Shown here: one piece after another, positions 48,597 through 57,217 of the stretch
Position numbering within the stretch: position 1 is the stretch's first letter
Layout: each line of letters begins with the position of its first letter
Assembly (NCBI GenBank): GCA_026395685.1
Contig: JAPLYG010000005.1
Span: 4,126 to 68,125 of the forward strand
DNA length: 64,000 nucleotides
From: Candidatus Parcubacteria bacterium
Lineage (GTDB): Bacteria; Patescibacteriota; Patescibacteriia; CAIXNZ01
Direction: 5' to 3'
Translations under genes and position numbers: made by a program
Notes under the pieces: model-generated
What the model was told of the DNA's origin: nothing
Seen by the model: the letters and a program-made list of their open reading frames with translations, nothing else
The model's database searches: none

Positions 48597-49934
48597 CTAT
48601 TCTACAAGAAATTTTCCCCAAATCATCTTCATTCCGCAGGAAAATTTTATTTCTCCGGTTTGGATCGGCGTGAATTCTATGATATTCTGCCCGACTTGCA
48701 GATTCTTTTTTATATTGTAATCCGGCATAAGGATTTGGCTATTACAGCCGGACATCTGCTTAACATCAATTATCCAGCGCACCAAAATTCCCTTTTTGAC
48801 ATTCAGCACATTAGGTTCATAACCATAATATGTAACAGCCATGCGCACTTCCTGAACTTCAGCGCTGGTATTTATATTTGTATTTTGAGTCGTTATTGCC
48901 TGTTGATTTATATTGGGCAAAGCTATATTTACACCAAAATTTGCCAAGCCGCGCACCAACATAAATATGGACAGAATAATAACTAATAATCCGGATAATT
49001 TAAGAATGTTTTTAATATGTTTTTGAGAAATAAATGATAAAAAGGCTCCAAAACCAAACATTAAAATGCTGGTGCCTAAAGCAAATAAGAATAAACTTAA
49101 CGCGCCTTTAAGAGCATTCCCCGAAGTTAAAGCGAATAATTGCATAGCTTGCAAAGGTCCGCAAGGCATAAATCCATTTAGCAAGCCGATAATAAAGGGA
49201 GCAAATTTCTTATTTTTTTGGGAAAATATATATTTGGCAATAAACTGCGGAGTTTGAATTTTTAATTTTTCTAATATTGACCACCTGGTAACCAAAGATA
49301 ATCCCAGAAAAAACATCATAATTGCGGCAACTATAGTTACCAGACCGTTAAAAGTCGGATTAATGCCAAAAAAGGAACCAAACCCGCCCAATATAGCGCC
49401 GATGATTGTATATGAGATAATACGGCCGATATTATATTGCCAATGAGGCCAAAGTGACTTTTTTTTATCGTCCAGACACAGAGTGGAATAAGTAACCACA
49501 ATACTGCCGCACATGCCAATGCAGTGAAAACCGGCTAATAAACCGATGAGTAAGATCAAGCCGTAGCCTACTTCAAATCCCCCGGTCAGCTTGCTTAAAA
49601 TTTCAAAACCGCCTAAATATTGAATCAGAAAATAACCGGCTAAAATTACAATGCTAAAAACAATAACTAAAAAATATCCGGATTTGGACTCAATCTTAGT
49701 ATTTCCTGACTTTGAATCAAATAAATCACTCACACCATAGTTAAGTTTTTTTATCCTGTTATAAATTTCACTTTCAGCCACCTTTTCCGTAGCAAAATAT
49801 ACTTCAGTCGCACCAGACTGATAATCAACATTTACTTTGTTAATTCCCGGCAAATCTTTCAATTCCTCTTCAATCAATGTTTTACAGCTCTGACAATGCA
49901 TGCCTTGGATTTTAAATTGTATTTTTTTATTCAT
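48597..49934 (-). CDS. HMA-domain integral membrane protein with C-terminal cupredoxin-like domain (putative copper handling/uptake)
   Basis: N-terminal HMA GMHCQSCKTLIEEEL. Membrane domain with HCIGMCG and MPCGPL Cys motifs. C-terminal ~100 aa soluble domain with SCGMKMIWG. Confidence 0.55.
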   Translation of the reverse strand: MNKKIQFKIQGMHCQSCKTLIEEELKDLPGINKVNVDYQSGATEVYFATEKVAESEIYNRIKKLNYGVSDLFDSKSGNTKIESKSGYFLVIVFSIVILAGYFLIQYLGGFEILSKLTGGFEVGYGLILLIGLLAGFHCIGMCGSIVVTYSTLCLDDKKKSLWPHWQYNIGRIISYTIIGAILGGFGSFFGINPTFNGLVTIVAAIMMFFLGLSLVTRWSILEKLKIQTPQFIAKYIFSQKNKKFAPFIIGLLNGFMPCGPLQAMQLFALTSGNALKGALSLFLFALGTSILMFGFGAFLSFISQKHIKNILKLSGLLVIILSIFMLVRGLANFGVNIALPNINQQAITTQNTNINTSAEVQEVRMAVTYYGYEPNVLNVKKGILVRWIIDVKQMSGCNSQILMPDYNIKKNLQVGQNIIEFTPIQTGEIKFSCGMKMIWGKFLVE

Positions 49935-49957
49935 AGAAGTTGTTATAAGTGATCCAA

Positions 49958-50230
49958 TTACCGGTTTAAAAGCTTAGTAACATTAAGTATCTCATCAATC
50001 ATTGCCTGTTTCTTTTTTTCATTTTTGGAAGCCATGGCATTCTTAAAGCAAGAATTTAAATGTCCCTGCATTAATTTCTGGTGGGCTGATTTCAAAAGCC
50101 CGATTACCGCCAGATTCTGCTGCATTATATCAATACAATACTTATCATCTTCTATCATAGTTATAATTCTGCCCAAATGACTCTGCGCCTTTTTAAAGCT
50201 GATAAGAGTTTCTTTTTTTAAGTCTGTCAT
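49958..50230 (-). CDS. csoR: CsoR/RcnR-family metal-sensing transcriptional repressor
   Basis: DDKYCIDIMQQNLAVIGLLKSAHQKLMQGHLNSC (C...H...C metal site pattern, DUF156). 90 aa. Confidence 0.7.
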   Translation of the reverse strand: MTDLKKETLISFKKAQSHLGRIITMIEDDKYCIDIMQQNLAVIGLLKSAHQKLMQGHLNSCFKNAMASKNEKKKQAMIDEILNVTKLLNR

Positions 50231-50286
50231 AAACGTTGGATTTAAAAAATATGATTTAAAATTTATTAATTTCCAAAACTTTTAAT

Positions 50287-50348
50287 TATTAACTGCAACT
50301 TTGCACTTTAAATTTTGAATTTTAAACTTAACCCCATACCTCCACCCC
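50287..50348. promoter_or_regulatory. csoR-operon promoter region: conserved block shared with PEBP promoter, plus adjacent G/C-tract box (candidate CsoR operator)
   Basis: 50287-50327 matches 22998-23043. 50329-50348 taaccccatacctccacccc is the only GC-rich tract in the region. Confidence 0.4.
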
Positions 50349-50478
50349 AGGTATAGGTATTATAGCACATACTAATTCCCTGTCAAATAATCTCATTATC
50401 CCATTATCTGCAGCTACTTTAGATTAATACAAAAAGAATCCCCAGCAAGGGATCCCCTTTTAAACTATATTTAAGATT

Positions 50479-51747
50479 CTATCCTTGTTCTCTTTTCCTG
50501 CGACTTAAAAATATAATGATAAAGATTATAAATGCCAGAATTAAGCCGATTAATATAAGGATCAAGGAAAAATTTCCCAAATTAAAAAAGGAAATATGGA
50601 TATTGTCACTGGCTTCTGCCACGACACGATCATTGGAAGAAACCATCAATTTAACTTCATAATTACCAGGCTGAGCAAAAATATGCTCAACTATTTTTTG
50701 TTCGCTGTTTCCACCATCCCCAAAATTCCAATTGTATGTTAAATTATCAGGCATAATGTTCCGGAGGTCAGGGGAAAAATTATAGGTCTGCCAGTCTTTA
50801 GCAGTAAAATTTATGCCCGCAAAAGGCTCCTGGGAACTTAATTGAATTTCATCCAAATCAATGGTTTCATCTATTGCTGCTGCCGTATTCTCAAGTTGGT
50901 TAAGATTTGTATTTATAGCGGAGTTAACATTGCTATTTTGGTTGCTTTCCGGATCAGAGTTAATATTCGTATTGGTAGTTACCTTAGCAACTGTCTTATC
51001 CGGAGCCACCGTACAGGTGGCATACATCGGGCAATAATCTTTGCTGTCAATTACGCCGTCGCCGTCGCTGTCAGGATTTTTCGGATCAGTACCCATTTTC
51101 TTTTCTTTTTCATCTGACCAGCCGTCATTATCATCATCAGGATCATTTTTATCATCAATTCCGTCATTGTCAGTATCAACGCAAATAGCAGGGTCGAGCG
51201 GAAATTTATCAACATTATCAAGACAGCCGTCATTGTCACTGTCATTATCCAAAGGATTGGTGCCATTATCAATTTCGTCAGAATCAGGGACAGTATCATT
51301 GTCATCATCAGGATCAGTGATATCCGGAATAGCATCGCCGTCAGTATCAGCCAAAGGGACAAATAAAGTGGTAACAATTTGATCATTCCCGGCATTTTCA
51401 TCTTTGGGAAGCTGACCATTTATATCAGCTTTGATATTGAAACTTCCTGAGGGCACAGTCCAGTCAACATATACTTCATCAGCCAAACCGCCGGCCCTGA
51501 CTGAAATCGGCTGGGAATTGCCGATCAAAACATTGCCCTGATAAAAGGTTACATAGCCGGAAACATCTTCAGTCCCGACATTATGAATGGTTGCATAAAT
51601 TCTGTTGGGCTGGCCGGCTATTAATTCTTTGGAAAAGCTGATATCCCCGGGATTGATGGCCAAATCATGAGTCAAAGCGCTGGCGCAAGAAACCCCGGCC
51701 AGAAAAAAGAAACAAAATGTAAAAATGATTATAAGTTTAATTTTCAT
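50479..51747 (-). CDS. Surface protein with thrombospondin type-3-like Ca-binding repeats and PKD domain, C-terminal TM anchor
   Basis: DTDGDAIPD...DNDSDNDGCLD...DTDNDGIDD...DSDGDGVID repeats. WNFGDGGNSE...GNYEVKLMV (PKD). C-terminal hydrophobic anchor plus RRKREQG. Confidence 0.6.
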   Translation of the reverse strand: MKIKLIIIFTFCFFFLAGVSCASALTHDLAINPGDISFSKELIAGQPNRIYATIHNVGTEDVSGYVTFYQGNVLIGNSQPISVRAGGLADEVYVDWTVPSGSFNIKADINGQLPKDENAGNDQIVTTLFVPLADTDGDAIPDITDPDDDNDTVPDSDEIDNGTNPLDNDSDNDGCLDNVDKFPLDPAICVDTDNDGIDDKNDPDDDNDGWSDEKEKKMGTDPKNPDSDGDGVIDSKDYCPMYATCTVAPDKTVAKVTTNTNINSDPESNQNSNVNSAINTNLNQLENTAAAIDETIDLDEIQLSSQEPFAGINFTAKDWQTYNFSPDLRNIMPDNLTYNWNFGDGGNSEQKIVEHIFAQPGNYEVKLMVSSNDRVVAEASDNIHISFFNLGNFSLILILIGLILAFIIFIIIFLSRRKREQG

Positions 51748-51836
51748 ATATTTGGATATTTACATTATAGCAAATTTTACAAAAACTAAAAAGAACGGAT
51801 TTCCACCGTTCTCTTTAGTATAGAATAATCAATAAT

Positions 51837-54407
51837 TTATTGATATCGCCATTTCCAGGCCGGAATAGTCGGATGCACTTTGCCCGGGCCATAAACAATA
51901 TCATGTTGAATCTCGCTGACAGAATATCCGCCGTAAACAAAGGCTTTAATCAAAGTATTCCAATTGCTCTCACTGAGCGATAATTTGCCGATGCGTTTTG
52001 TTAATTGAGCCTTTAAATATGCAGCTTCCTGCTGTTCAATTTGCAGGTCGTAAACGCGGGGTTTTTCATATGCCCAGTTAACATAATATTTATGTCCTGT
52101 GCCATTGGGATTATAGCCGCTTCTTATTTCCAAGCCATCTTTATAACCATCGCCATCTGTATCGCCTTTTTTGGGGTCTGTACGCCAAATATATGTTTCC
52201 TCAAAGTCGCTCAAGGTATCGCCGTCAGTATCTTTATTGTATAAATTATCTGCGGTATAAACAGCCATATAAACTGTATTTGTTTTGGGAGTAGTAATAA
52301 TTTTTGTAGTATTACCTGTTGTAGTCGGAGCTTTTTTTACCAAGGCCGTATCAGTTTTGACTGTAAGATAATAAGTGTTAAATTTTTCCGCCTCAACAGC
52401 AAGGGCAAAAATCTTATTGCCATCAATTGATTTGACAATATAACGTCCGTTAATCAAGTTCACATCAGCATAACCTGAACTATTAGTTGTATAAGTACCG
52501 ATTTCCTTGCCAGTAAGCAAATTGCCGTCGGGGTCTGTTCCGTAATTATACAGATAAAACTTTTGGTTGGGCAGATTATTCTGCAGATTATCCTGAAAAT
52601 ATATTCTAGCCAAGCTGATTACATACTGATAAGTTGAATCATAGCTTTCCTGAACATAAAAAACCTTGCTTTGGTATTTTTGCCCGTTGATGGCAGTATC
52701 AATCTTGGCAACATAATTGCCGATTTGCAAAGGCGCGATAACCTCGCCATTGGCATTGGTTGTACCGCTATAGACTTTGCTTTTTATCTGATTAGTCTGA
52801 TATTTATAAATGGATACTTTCAAGCCTGGCTGGACATTATTTAAAGCATCAATAACTTTAAAATGAAATGTTCCCTGACTGAAACTTAAGGACTTTTCAC
52901 TGCCGCTAGCCACGATAAATTCAAAATTTTCAGCATACTTTGTGGCGCTTAATTTATATTCTCCGGCCGGCAAAATCACACGTTTAAAACCGTCTTCATT
53001 GGTTTTGAAGCTGCCCAAGCTGACATATTCATCATTGTTTAATTTGGAAATATTCAGGGAAATACCTGCCAGGCTATCCCGTTCGCTGTCAGAAATAGTG
53101 ACTGTTACCGATCCCAATCTGTAGGTATAAGCTGTAAGACTGTTTAAATTTATGCTAAATCGTGAATTTATTGTTTCCGCGTCAGAAGGATCAACGTATT
53201 TTACAGTCACAAAATATTGACCAGGTATTAAATAATAAGTTTTATAGCCGAAATCGCCGGTACTTTGGTTGCTCAGGATTTTTTTGGAGCCGACTTCAAC
53301 ATTGCTGGAATTTTTCAATACTGCATAGACATTGAAGCTGTATTTTTTTAGTATATTTGAAGCCGGATCGGAAATTGATATTTTTACGCCGGAAAAAGGC
53401 AAGGCGATTTCCTTGGTTTCTCCGCCTGTAATTGTTTGATTATATAAATAAAATTTGCCGGCCTCATTATTCAGCTGATAATAAACAATAGCCAAAGACA
53501 AGGTTGTTCCGGCTGTATTTTTTAATTTTATTGTCTTGTAACCCAGATCACCGATTTTACCGCTGGTCAATCTTTTACCTAAAATAGGTTTGTTATTGGT
53601 ATCTAATTGCTGCTGATAAACTATATAAGAGACGCTGGGTACAATAACGCCGTTCGGATCTTTACTGACCAAGGTTAAATTCGCATAAACCGGACCGCTA
53701 TGAACATGTTCAACCGGCTGGTCAATTATTAAATTAACATCAGTCTGGGTGTCAGCAAAAATTTTAAAAGCATAATCTTTGGCATTAGTTTTGATAAAAT
53801 AATCACCCGGTATCAGATAAAGCATTTTATAACCCAAAACACTGGTTTTTTGACCGCTATAAACTTTAGCAGCAGGAACCAGATTATTGTTTGCATCTTT
53901 TACAGCTGTATAGACATCAAAGCTTTGCTCTTTCAGCAAATTATTACTTTTATCTCTGAGCACAACTTTCGCAGAGCTAAAGGTAAGATTAGAAGTTGCA
54001 GACTCATTAGAGCCATATAAACACTGATCCCAGAGAATAAAAATCTCAGCGGGATTTGAGCGTTTGTAATATTTTACAGCATATTTTTTACAGTCATTGC
54101 TATATTCCTTAAAAGGATTTCTGATTTTTATAATATCCACACCGGTCTGGTCAACATAACCGCTGCCCCATTTGACGCCTAAGGCTTGATTGGAATTGGC
54201 ATCAGTAATTTGCTCATAAACCTGAAAAGTGACCTTTTCCACCGGTTGATCATTAGGATCAAAGGTTTTCATTATCAAGTTAATGTAAACAGGCAAGCCA
54301 GACTCTTCAGCCTTAGTTGCCTGAGGTAATATTAATATACTACCAAAAATAACTAACATTGAAATTAGTAACAATTTGGCTAAAATTATAGAAAATTTAC
54401 GCATCAT
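51837..54407 (-). CDS. Large secreted protein with repeated beta-sandwich (carboxypeptidase-regulatory-like) domains and C-terminal TSP3-like Ca-binding motifs
   Basis: Signal peptide. Repeated ~90-aa units (..YKTIKLKN.., ..GYKTYYLIPGQYFV.., ..GEYKLSATKY..). DTDGDTLSDFEE...DTDGDGYKDGLE. Confidence 0.5.
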   Translation of the reverse strand: MMRKFSIILAKLLLISMLVIFGSILILPQATKAEESGLPVYINLIMKTFDPNDQPVEKVTFQVYEQITDANSNQALGVKWGSGYVDQTGVDIIKIRNPFKEYSNDCKKYAVKYYKRSNPAEIFILWDQCLYGSNESATSNLTFSSAKVVLRDKSNNLLKEQSFDVYTAVKDANNNLVPAAKVYSGQKTSVLGYKMLYLIPGDYFIKTNAKDYAFKIFADTQTDVNLIIDQPVEHVHSGPVYANLTLVSKDPNGVIVPSVSYIVYQQQLDTNNKPILGKRLTSGKIGDLGYKTIKLKNTAGTTLSLAIVYYQLNNEAGKFYLYNQTITGGETKEIALPFSGVKISISDPASNILKKYSFNVYAVLKNSSNVEVGSKKILSNQSTGDFGYKTYYLIPGQYFVTVKYVDPSDAETINSRFSINLNSLTAYTYRLGSVTVTISDSERDSLAGISLNISKLNNDEYVSLGSFKTNEDGFKRVILPAGEYKLSATKYAENFEFIVASGSEKSLSFSQGTFHFKVIDALNNVQPGLKVSIYKYQTNQIKSKVYSGTTNANGEVIAPLQIGNYVAKIDTAINGQKYQSKVFYVQESYDSTYQYVISLARIYFQDNLQNNLPNQKFYLYNYGTDPDGNLLTGKEIGTYTTNSSGYADVNLINGRYIVKSIDGNKIFALAVEAEKFNTYYLTVKTDTALVKKAPTTTGNTTKIITTPKTNTVYMAVYTADNLYNKDTDGDTLSDFEETYIWRTDPKKGDTDGDGYKDGLEIRSGYNPNGTGHKYYVNWAYEKPRVYDLQIEQQEAAYLKAQLTKRIGKLSLSESNWNTLIKAFVYGGYSVSEIQHDIVYGPGKVHPTIPAWKWRYQ

Positions 54408-54557
54408 AGATTTGTATAATTTGATTATAGCACATGATTATATTTAATACAGTATAATATCATTTTTTGCAATATTTGTCAAGAGTTAGCGAAAATATGT
54501 AGCGGAATTAAAAAAACCCGCGCTTGAAACGCAAGTTTCTTCTTTTCTCTGGCTTTT

Positions 54558-54604
54558 ACACTTTAGTGTGAAAGCATCGACTCCTGAACACTAAAGTGTT
54601 CAGG
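54558..54604. repeat. Twin-hairpin element downstream of gatA, related to the 16923-16961 hairpins
   Basis: tacactttagtgtg and cctgaacactaaagtgttcagg: second is a perfect 9-bp stem with TAAA loop, and both share the acacttYagtgt core. Confidence 0.5.
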
Positions 54605-54609
54605 CCATG

Positions 54610-56070
54610 TTATTTTAAAGACGGCTTTATCTTATTCCACCCATTTGCCTGCTCATATGCATAAGCAGCTCTAAGAATCGTTTCCTCGTCAAACTGTTTG
54701 CCGATCAACTGCATGCCAATCGGTAAATTATTTACATAACCGCAAGGCACGGAAATCGCAGGTATGCCTGCTAAATTAATAGTTACAGTATAAATATCTT
54801 CCAAATACATGGTTAAAGGATCATTGATATTCTCCCCTATTTTGAAAGACGGTCGAGGCGAAGTCGGCATTAAAAGCAAGTCAACTTTATTAAAAGCAGA
54901 GTCAAATTCCTGCTTAATCAAAGTTCTGACACGCATGGCCTTTTTATAATAAGCGTCATAATATCCGGCGCTTAATACATAAGTGCCGATCATTATTCTG
55001 CGTTTAGCTTCTGCGCCAAAACCCTTGGCTCTTGATTTGGTATAAATTTCAAATAAATCTTGAGCATCCTTATCCTGATAACCGTAACGAATGCCGTCAT
55101 AGCGCCCGAGATTAGAGCTGACTTCCGACGGCATAATAATGTAATAGCAGGCCAAACCATAAGGCAATGTTTTTAATTCAACCTCTTCAATTTTAGCGCC
55201 CTGCTTTTCCAGATCATTAATCGCCACCTGAATTAAATTTTTAACCTGCGGATCAAGCCCTTTAACAAAGGCTTGTTTAGGTACGCCAATTTTTAAACCT
55301 TTGATTCCCTGCTGTAAATTTTTTGTATAATCAGGAACCGTTTTTGGTACAGTCGTGGAATCCAATTTGTCCTGTCCGCTAATCGCATTCATGACAATGG
55401 CTGAATCTTCAACTGTTTTACAGATTGGGCCGATTTGATCCAAAGAAGAGCCCATGGCAATAGCGCCATAACGGGAAACTCGTCCGTAAGTTGGTTTTAA
55501 GCCCACTACTCCGCATAAACTTGCAGGATGGCGAATTGAACCGCCTGTATCTGTACCTAATGAGTAAATAACCTGATCAGCTGCCACACTGGCTGCGCTA
55601 CCGCCTGAAGAACCGCCCGGAACCCGTTCTAGATCCCAGGGATTATGACTTGGACCATAGTCTGAATTTTCTGTTGAAGATCCATGTCCCCAGGCATCAC
55701 AATTATGTTTACCTAATATAATCGCCCCATTTTCTTTAAGCTTTTTAATCACCGTGGCATCAAATAATGGCTTATAGTTTTGTAACATCTTTGATGAAGC
55801 TGTCGTAATGATACCTTCAGTTAAAATCATATCCTTAATACCGCAGGGAATTCCCTCCAGAGTCTTTAAGTGTTCACCCTTTTTTATTTTCTTATCAACC
55901 TCTTTGGCCTGCTTCTGCGCTTGATCAAAATTTGTATTCAAAAAAGCATGGACCTTTTTATCAGTCTTTTTAATGCGTTCAATGCAGTCTTGGACCAGAT
56001 CTAAGCTGGAAAGCTCCTTGCTGGCTAACTTCTGTTGGGCTTCTTTGATTGTTAGTTGGTTTAAATCCAT
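54610..56070 (-). CDS. gatA: Glutamyl-tRNA(Gln)/Aspartyl-tRNA(Asn) amidotransferase subunit A
   Basis: Amidase signature GGSSGGSAASVAA. 486 aa. Confidence 0.9.
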   Translation of the reverse strand: MDLNQLTIKEAQQKLASKELSSLDLVQDCIERIKKTDKKVHAFLNTNFDQAQKQAKEVDKKIKKGEHLKTLEGIPCGIKDMILTEGIITTASSKMLQNYKPLFDATVIKKLKENGAIILGKHNCDAWGHGSSTENSDYGPSHNPWDLERVPGGSSGGSAASVAADQVIYSLGTDTGGSIRHPASLCGVVGLKPTYGRVSRYGAIAMGSSLDQIGPICKTVEDSAIVMNAISGQDKLDSTTVPKTVPDYTKNLQQGIKGLKIGVPKQAFVKGLDPQVKNLIQVAINDLEKQGAKIEEVELKTLPYGLACYYIIMPSEVSSNLGRYDGIRYGYQDKDAQDLFEIYTKSRAKGFGAEAKRRIMIGTYVLSAGYYDAYYKKAMRVRTLIKQEFDSAFNKVDLLLMPTSPRPSFKIGENINDPLTMYLEDIYTVTINLAGIPAISVPCGYVNNLPIGMQLIGKQFDEETILRAAYAYEQANGWNKIKPSLK

Positions 56071-56117
56071 GAGGTTTTATGAGGTTATATGATGTTTTAT
56101 GAAGTTATATTAAGTTG
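56071..56117. repeat. Left inverted flank of four-helix-bundle cassette: 4-5 tandem 10-bp repeats (GADGTTWTAT)
   Basis: gaggttttat gaggttatat gatgttttat gaagttatat taagttgc. Contains gttatattaagttg, inverted at 56574-56587. Confidence 0.55.
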
Positions 56118-56522
56118 CTATTTATATTTTTGAGGATGAATAACTTTCCAAGTTCCTTCTTTTTCTATTTTGAATAATGACTGGATATAATTATTTAATA
56201 AATAATGGGTTTTCTTTGCCAAGTCCATTAATTGATTGAAAGTATTTGTATCAAATAATCCGTCATCGTGACAATCTTCAATATCCCCTATTAATTCTTC
56301 CATCGAGCCATAGCTTACCTTGCATGAATTAATAAATATCCTAATTGATCCTCTCTGATAGCCTTCTTTAAAGTTTTGTTTTGCCGATCTAATTGCATCC
56401 CTCATTTGGGAAGCGCGTCTTGGTTCACTTTTAGCAAAAGGAGCAGTATGCTTATATATTAATATACGAAGCAAGCATATTTGTTTATATACAATTAAAT
56501 TTTCATAAGGAGCTTTATACAT
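56118..56522 (-). CDS. Four-helix-bundle protein (TIGR02436-like; family typical of 23S rRNA intervening sequences)
   Basis: QMRDAIRSAKQNFKEGYQRGS (resembles QLRRAAxSIxxNIAEG) and EELIGDIEDC helix. 134 aa. Inserted between gatC and gatA. Confidence 0.6.
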   Translation of the reverse strand: MYKAPYENLIVYKQICLLRILIYKHTAPFAKSEPRRASQMRDAIRSAKQNFKEGYQRGSIRIFINSCKVSYGSMEELIGDIEDCHDDGLFDTNTFNQLMDLAKKTHYLLNNYIQSLFKIEKEGTWKVIHPQKYK

Positions 56523-56545
56523 ATTTTTTTTATTTTTGACTATTT

Positions 56546-56598
56546 AAAAGCAACCTCATACAACCCCATACAACCTAATACAACTTAATATAACCTAT
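56546..56598. repeat. Right inverted flank of four-helix-bundle cassette: 4-5 tandem 10-bp repeats (CAACCYMATA)
   Basis: caacctcata caaccccata caacctaata caacttaata taacctattt: reverse-complementary to the left-flank repeats. Confidence 0.55.
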
Positions 56599-56883
56599 TT
56601 AGAAAACCGATTTTGTCTTAATCAAGTTATTCTCACTTTCCGCTGATTGTTTAATCAATTCCTTCTGAAAATCAAGCTGATCAACCTCATCTTTGCGATA
56701 AACATTTTCCAATCCTGTCACCTGAGCAGTCATTTCTACATTTTCCGTATCAACTTCATTTAATTTACCGACATAATCTAAAACAGCCGATATTTGATCA
56801 GCAAATTTATCTTTTTCCGCGTCAGTCAATTCCAGTCTGGAAAGCTTGGCGATTTTTTCTACTTCCTGTTTGGTTAGCTTCAT
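56599..56883 (-). CDS. gatC: Glu/Asp-tRNA amidotransferase subunit C
   Basis: MKLTKQEVEKIAKLSRLELTDAEK canonical GatC N-terminus. ORF track extends start to 56904 (MTFRNIH-), probably not used. Confidence 0.8.
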   Translation of the reverse strand: MKLTKQEVEKIAKLSRLELTDAEKDKFADQISAVLDYVGKLNEVDTENVEMTAQVTGLENVYRKDEVDQLDFQKELIKQSAESENNLIKTKSVF

Positions 56884-56891
56884 ATGTATAT

Positions 56892-56939
56892 TACGAAAGG
56901 TCATATTTCGTACATTTCGTATTTTTTCGTACTTTCGTA
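56892..56939. promoter_or_regulatory. TACGAA repeat array upstream of gatC: four direct TTCGTA copies (8-10 bp periodicity) plus one inverted copy
   Basis: ttacgaaaggtcatatttcgtacatttcgtattttttcgtactttcgtaag. Confidence 0.5.
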
Positions 56940-56988
56940 AGTATTAACATTATCTATATTCTACCAAATATCCTTAATGATAACAACT

Positions 56989-57017
56989 TTGTCGAAACAG
57001 CCATTTTGTTTTATAAT
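56989..57017 (+). promoter_or_regulatory. sigma70 promoter TTGTCG-17-TATAAT (plus strand) for candidate sRNA
   Basis: ttgtcgaaacagccattttgttttataat. Confidence 0.45.
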
Positions 57018-57023
57018 ATAGTC

Positions 57024-57128
57024 AACCATGGGATTGGAGCGAAATGGCTCCGGGTCTTCCCTGGCCAGGGCTGTTTGTGGTGGGGTCTTTACCTCCTCCT
57101 TCTCTCCATCACAACAGCCCGCTTTTTA
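57024..57128 (+). ncRNA. Candidate ~105-nt sRNA with three hairpins, C/U-rich anti-SD-like terminator loop and intrinsic terminator. Alternatively a 33-codon Ser-rich leaderless micro-ORF
   Basis: GGAGC-GAAAUG-GCUCC. CCCUGGCCAGGG. GGGCUGUUUGUGGUGG-[GGUCUUUACCUCCUCCUUCUCU]-CCAUCACAACAGCCC + GCUUUUU. GC-rich against AT-rich background. No plus-strand gene downstream, antisense to murB 3' side. Confidence 0.35.
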
Positions 57129-57217
57129 ATTAATGATACAAATATTATAACAAATTATTACAAATAGGTTTTATGTCAAATTTGTTATCATTTGTATTGA
57201 TTTGTTACATTTGTAGC

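Noticed and set aside
56071-56598. Tandem 10-bp repeat arrays as a CRISPR array
   Set aside because: Repeats are only 10 bp and directly abutting with no spacers. They occur as two inverted arrays flanking a gene, and no cas genes are present.
56599-56904. ORF-track gatC start at 56904 (MTFRNIHMKL...)
   Set aside because: The canonical GatC N-terminus begins at MKLTKQEVEKIAKL (56883). The upstream 7 codons overlap the TACGAA repeat array and a TAATAT -10-like element.
57028-57129. Annotating the 33-codon Ser-rich ORF as a CDS
   Set aside because: No SD, the stop codon lies within the terminator T-run, and the peptide has no hydrophobic or conserved character. It is more parsimonious as an sRNA, and is kept as an alternative within the finding.
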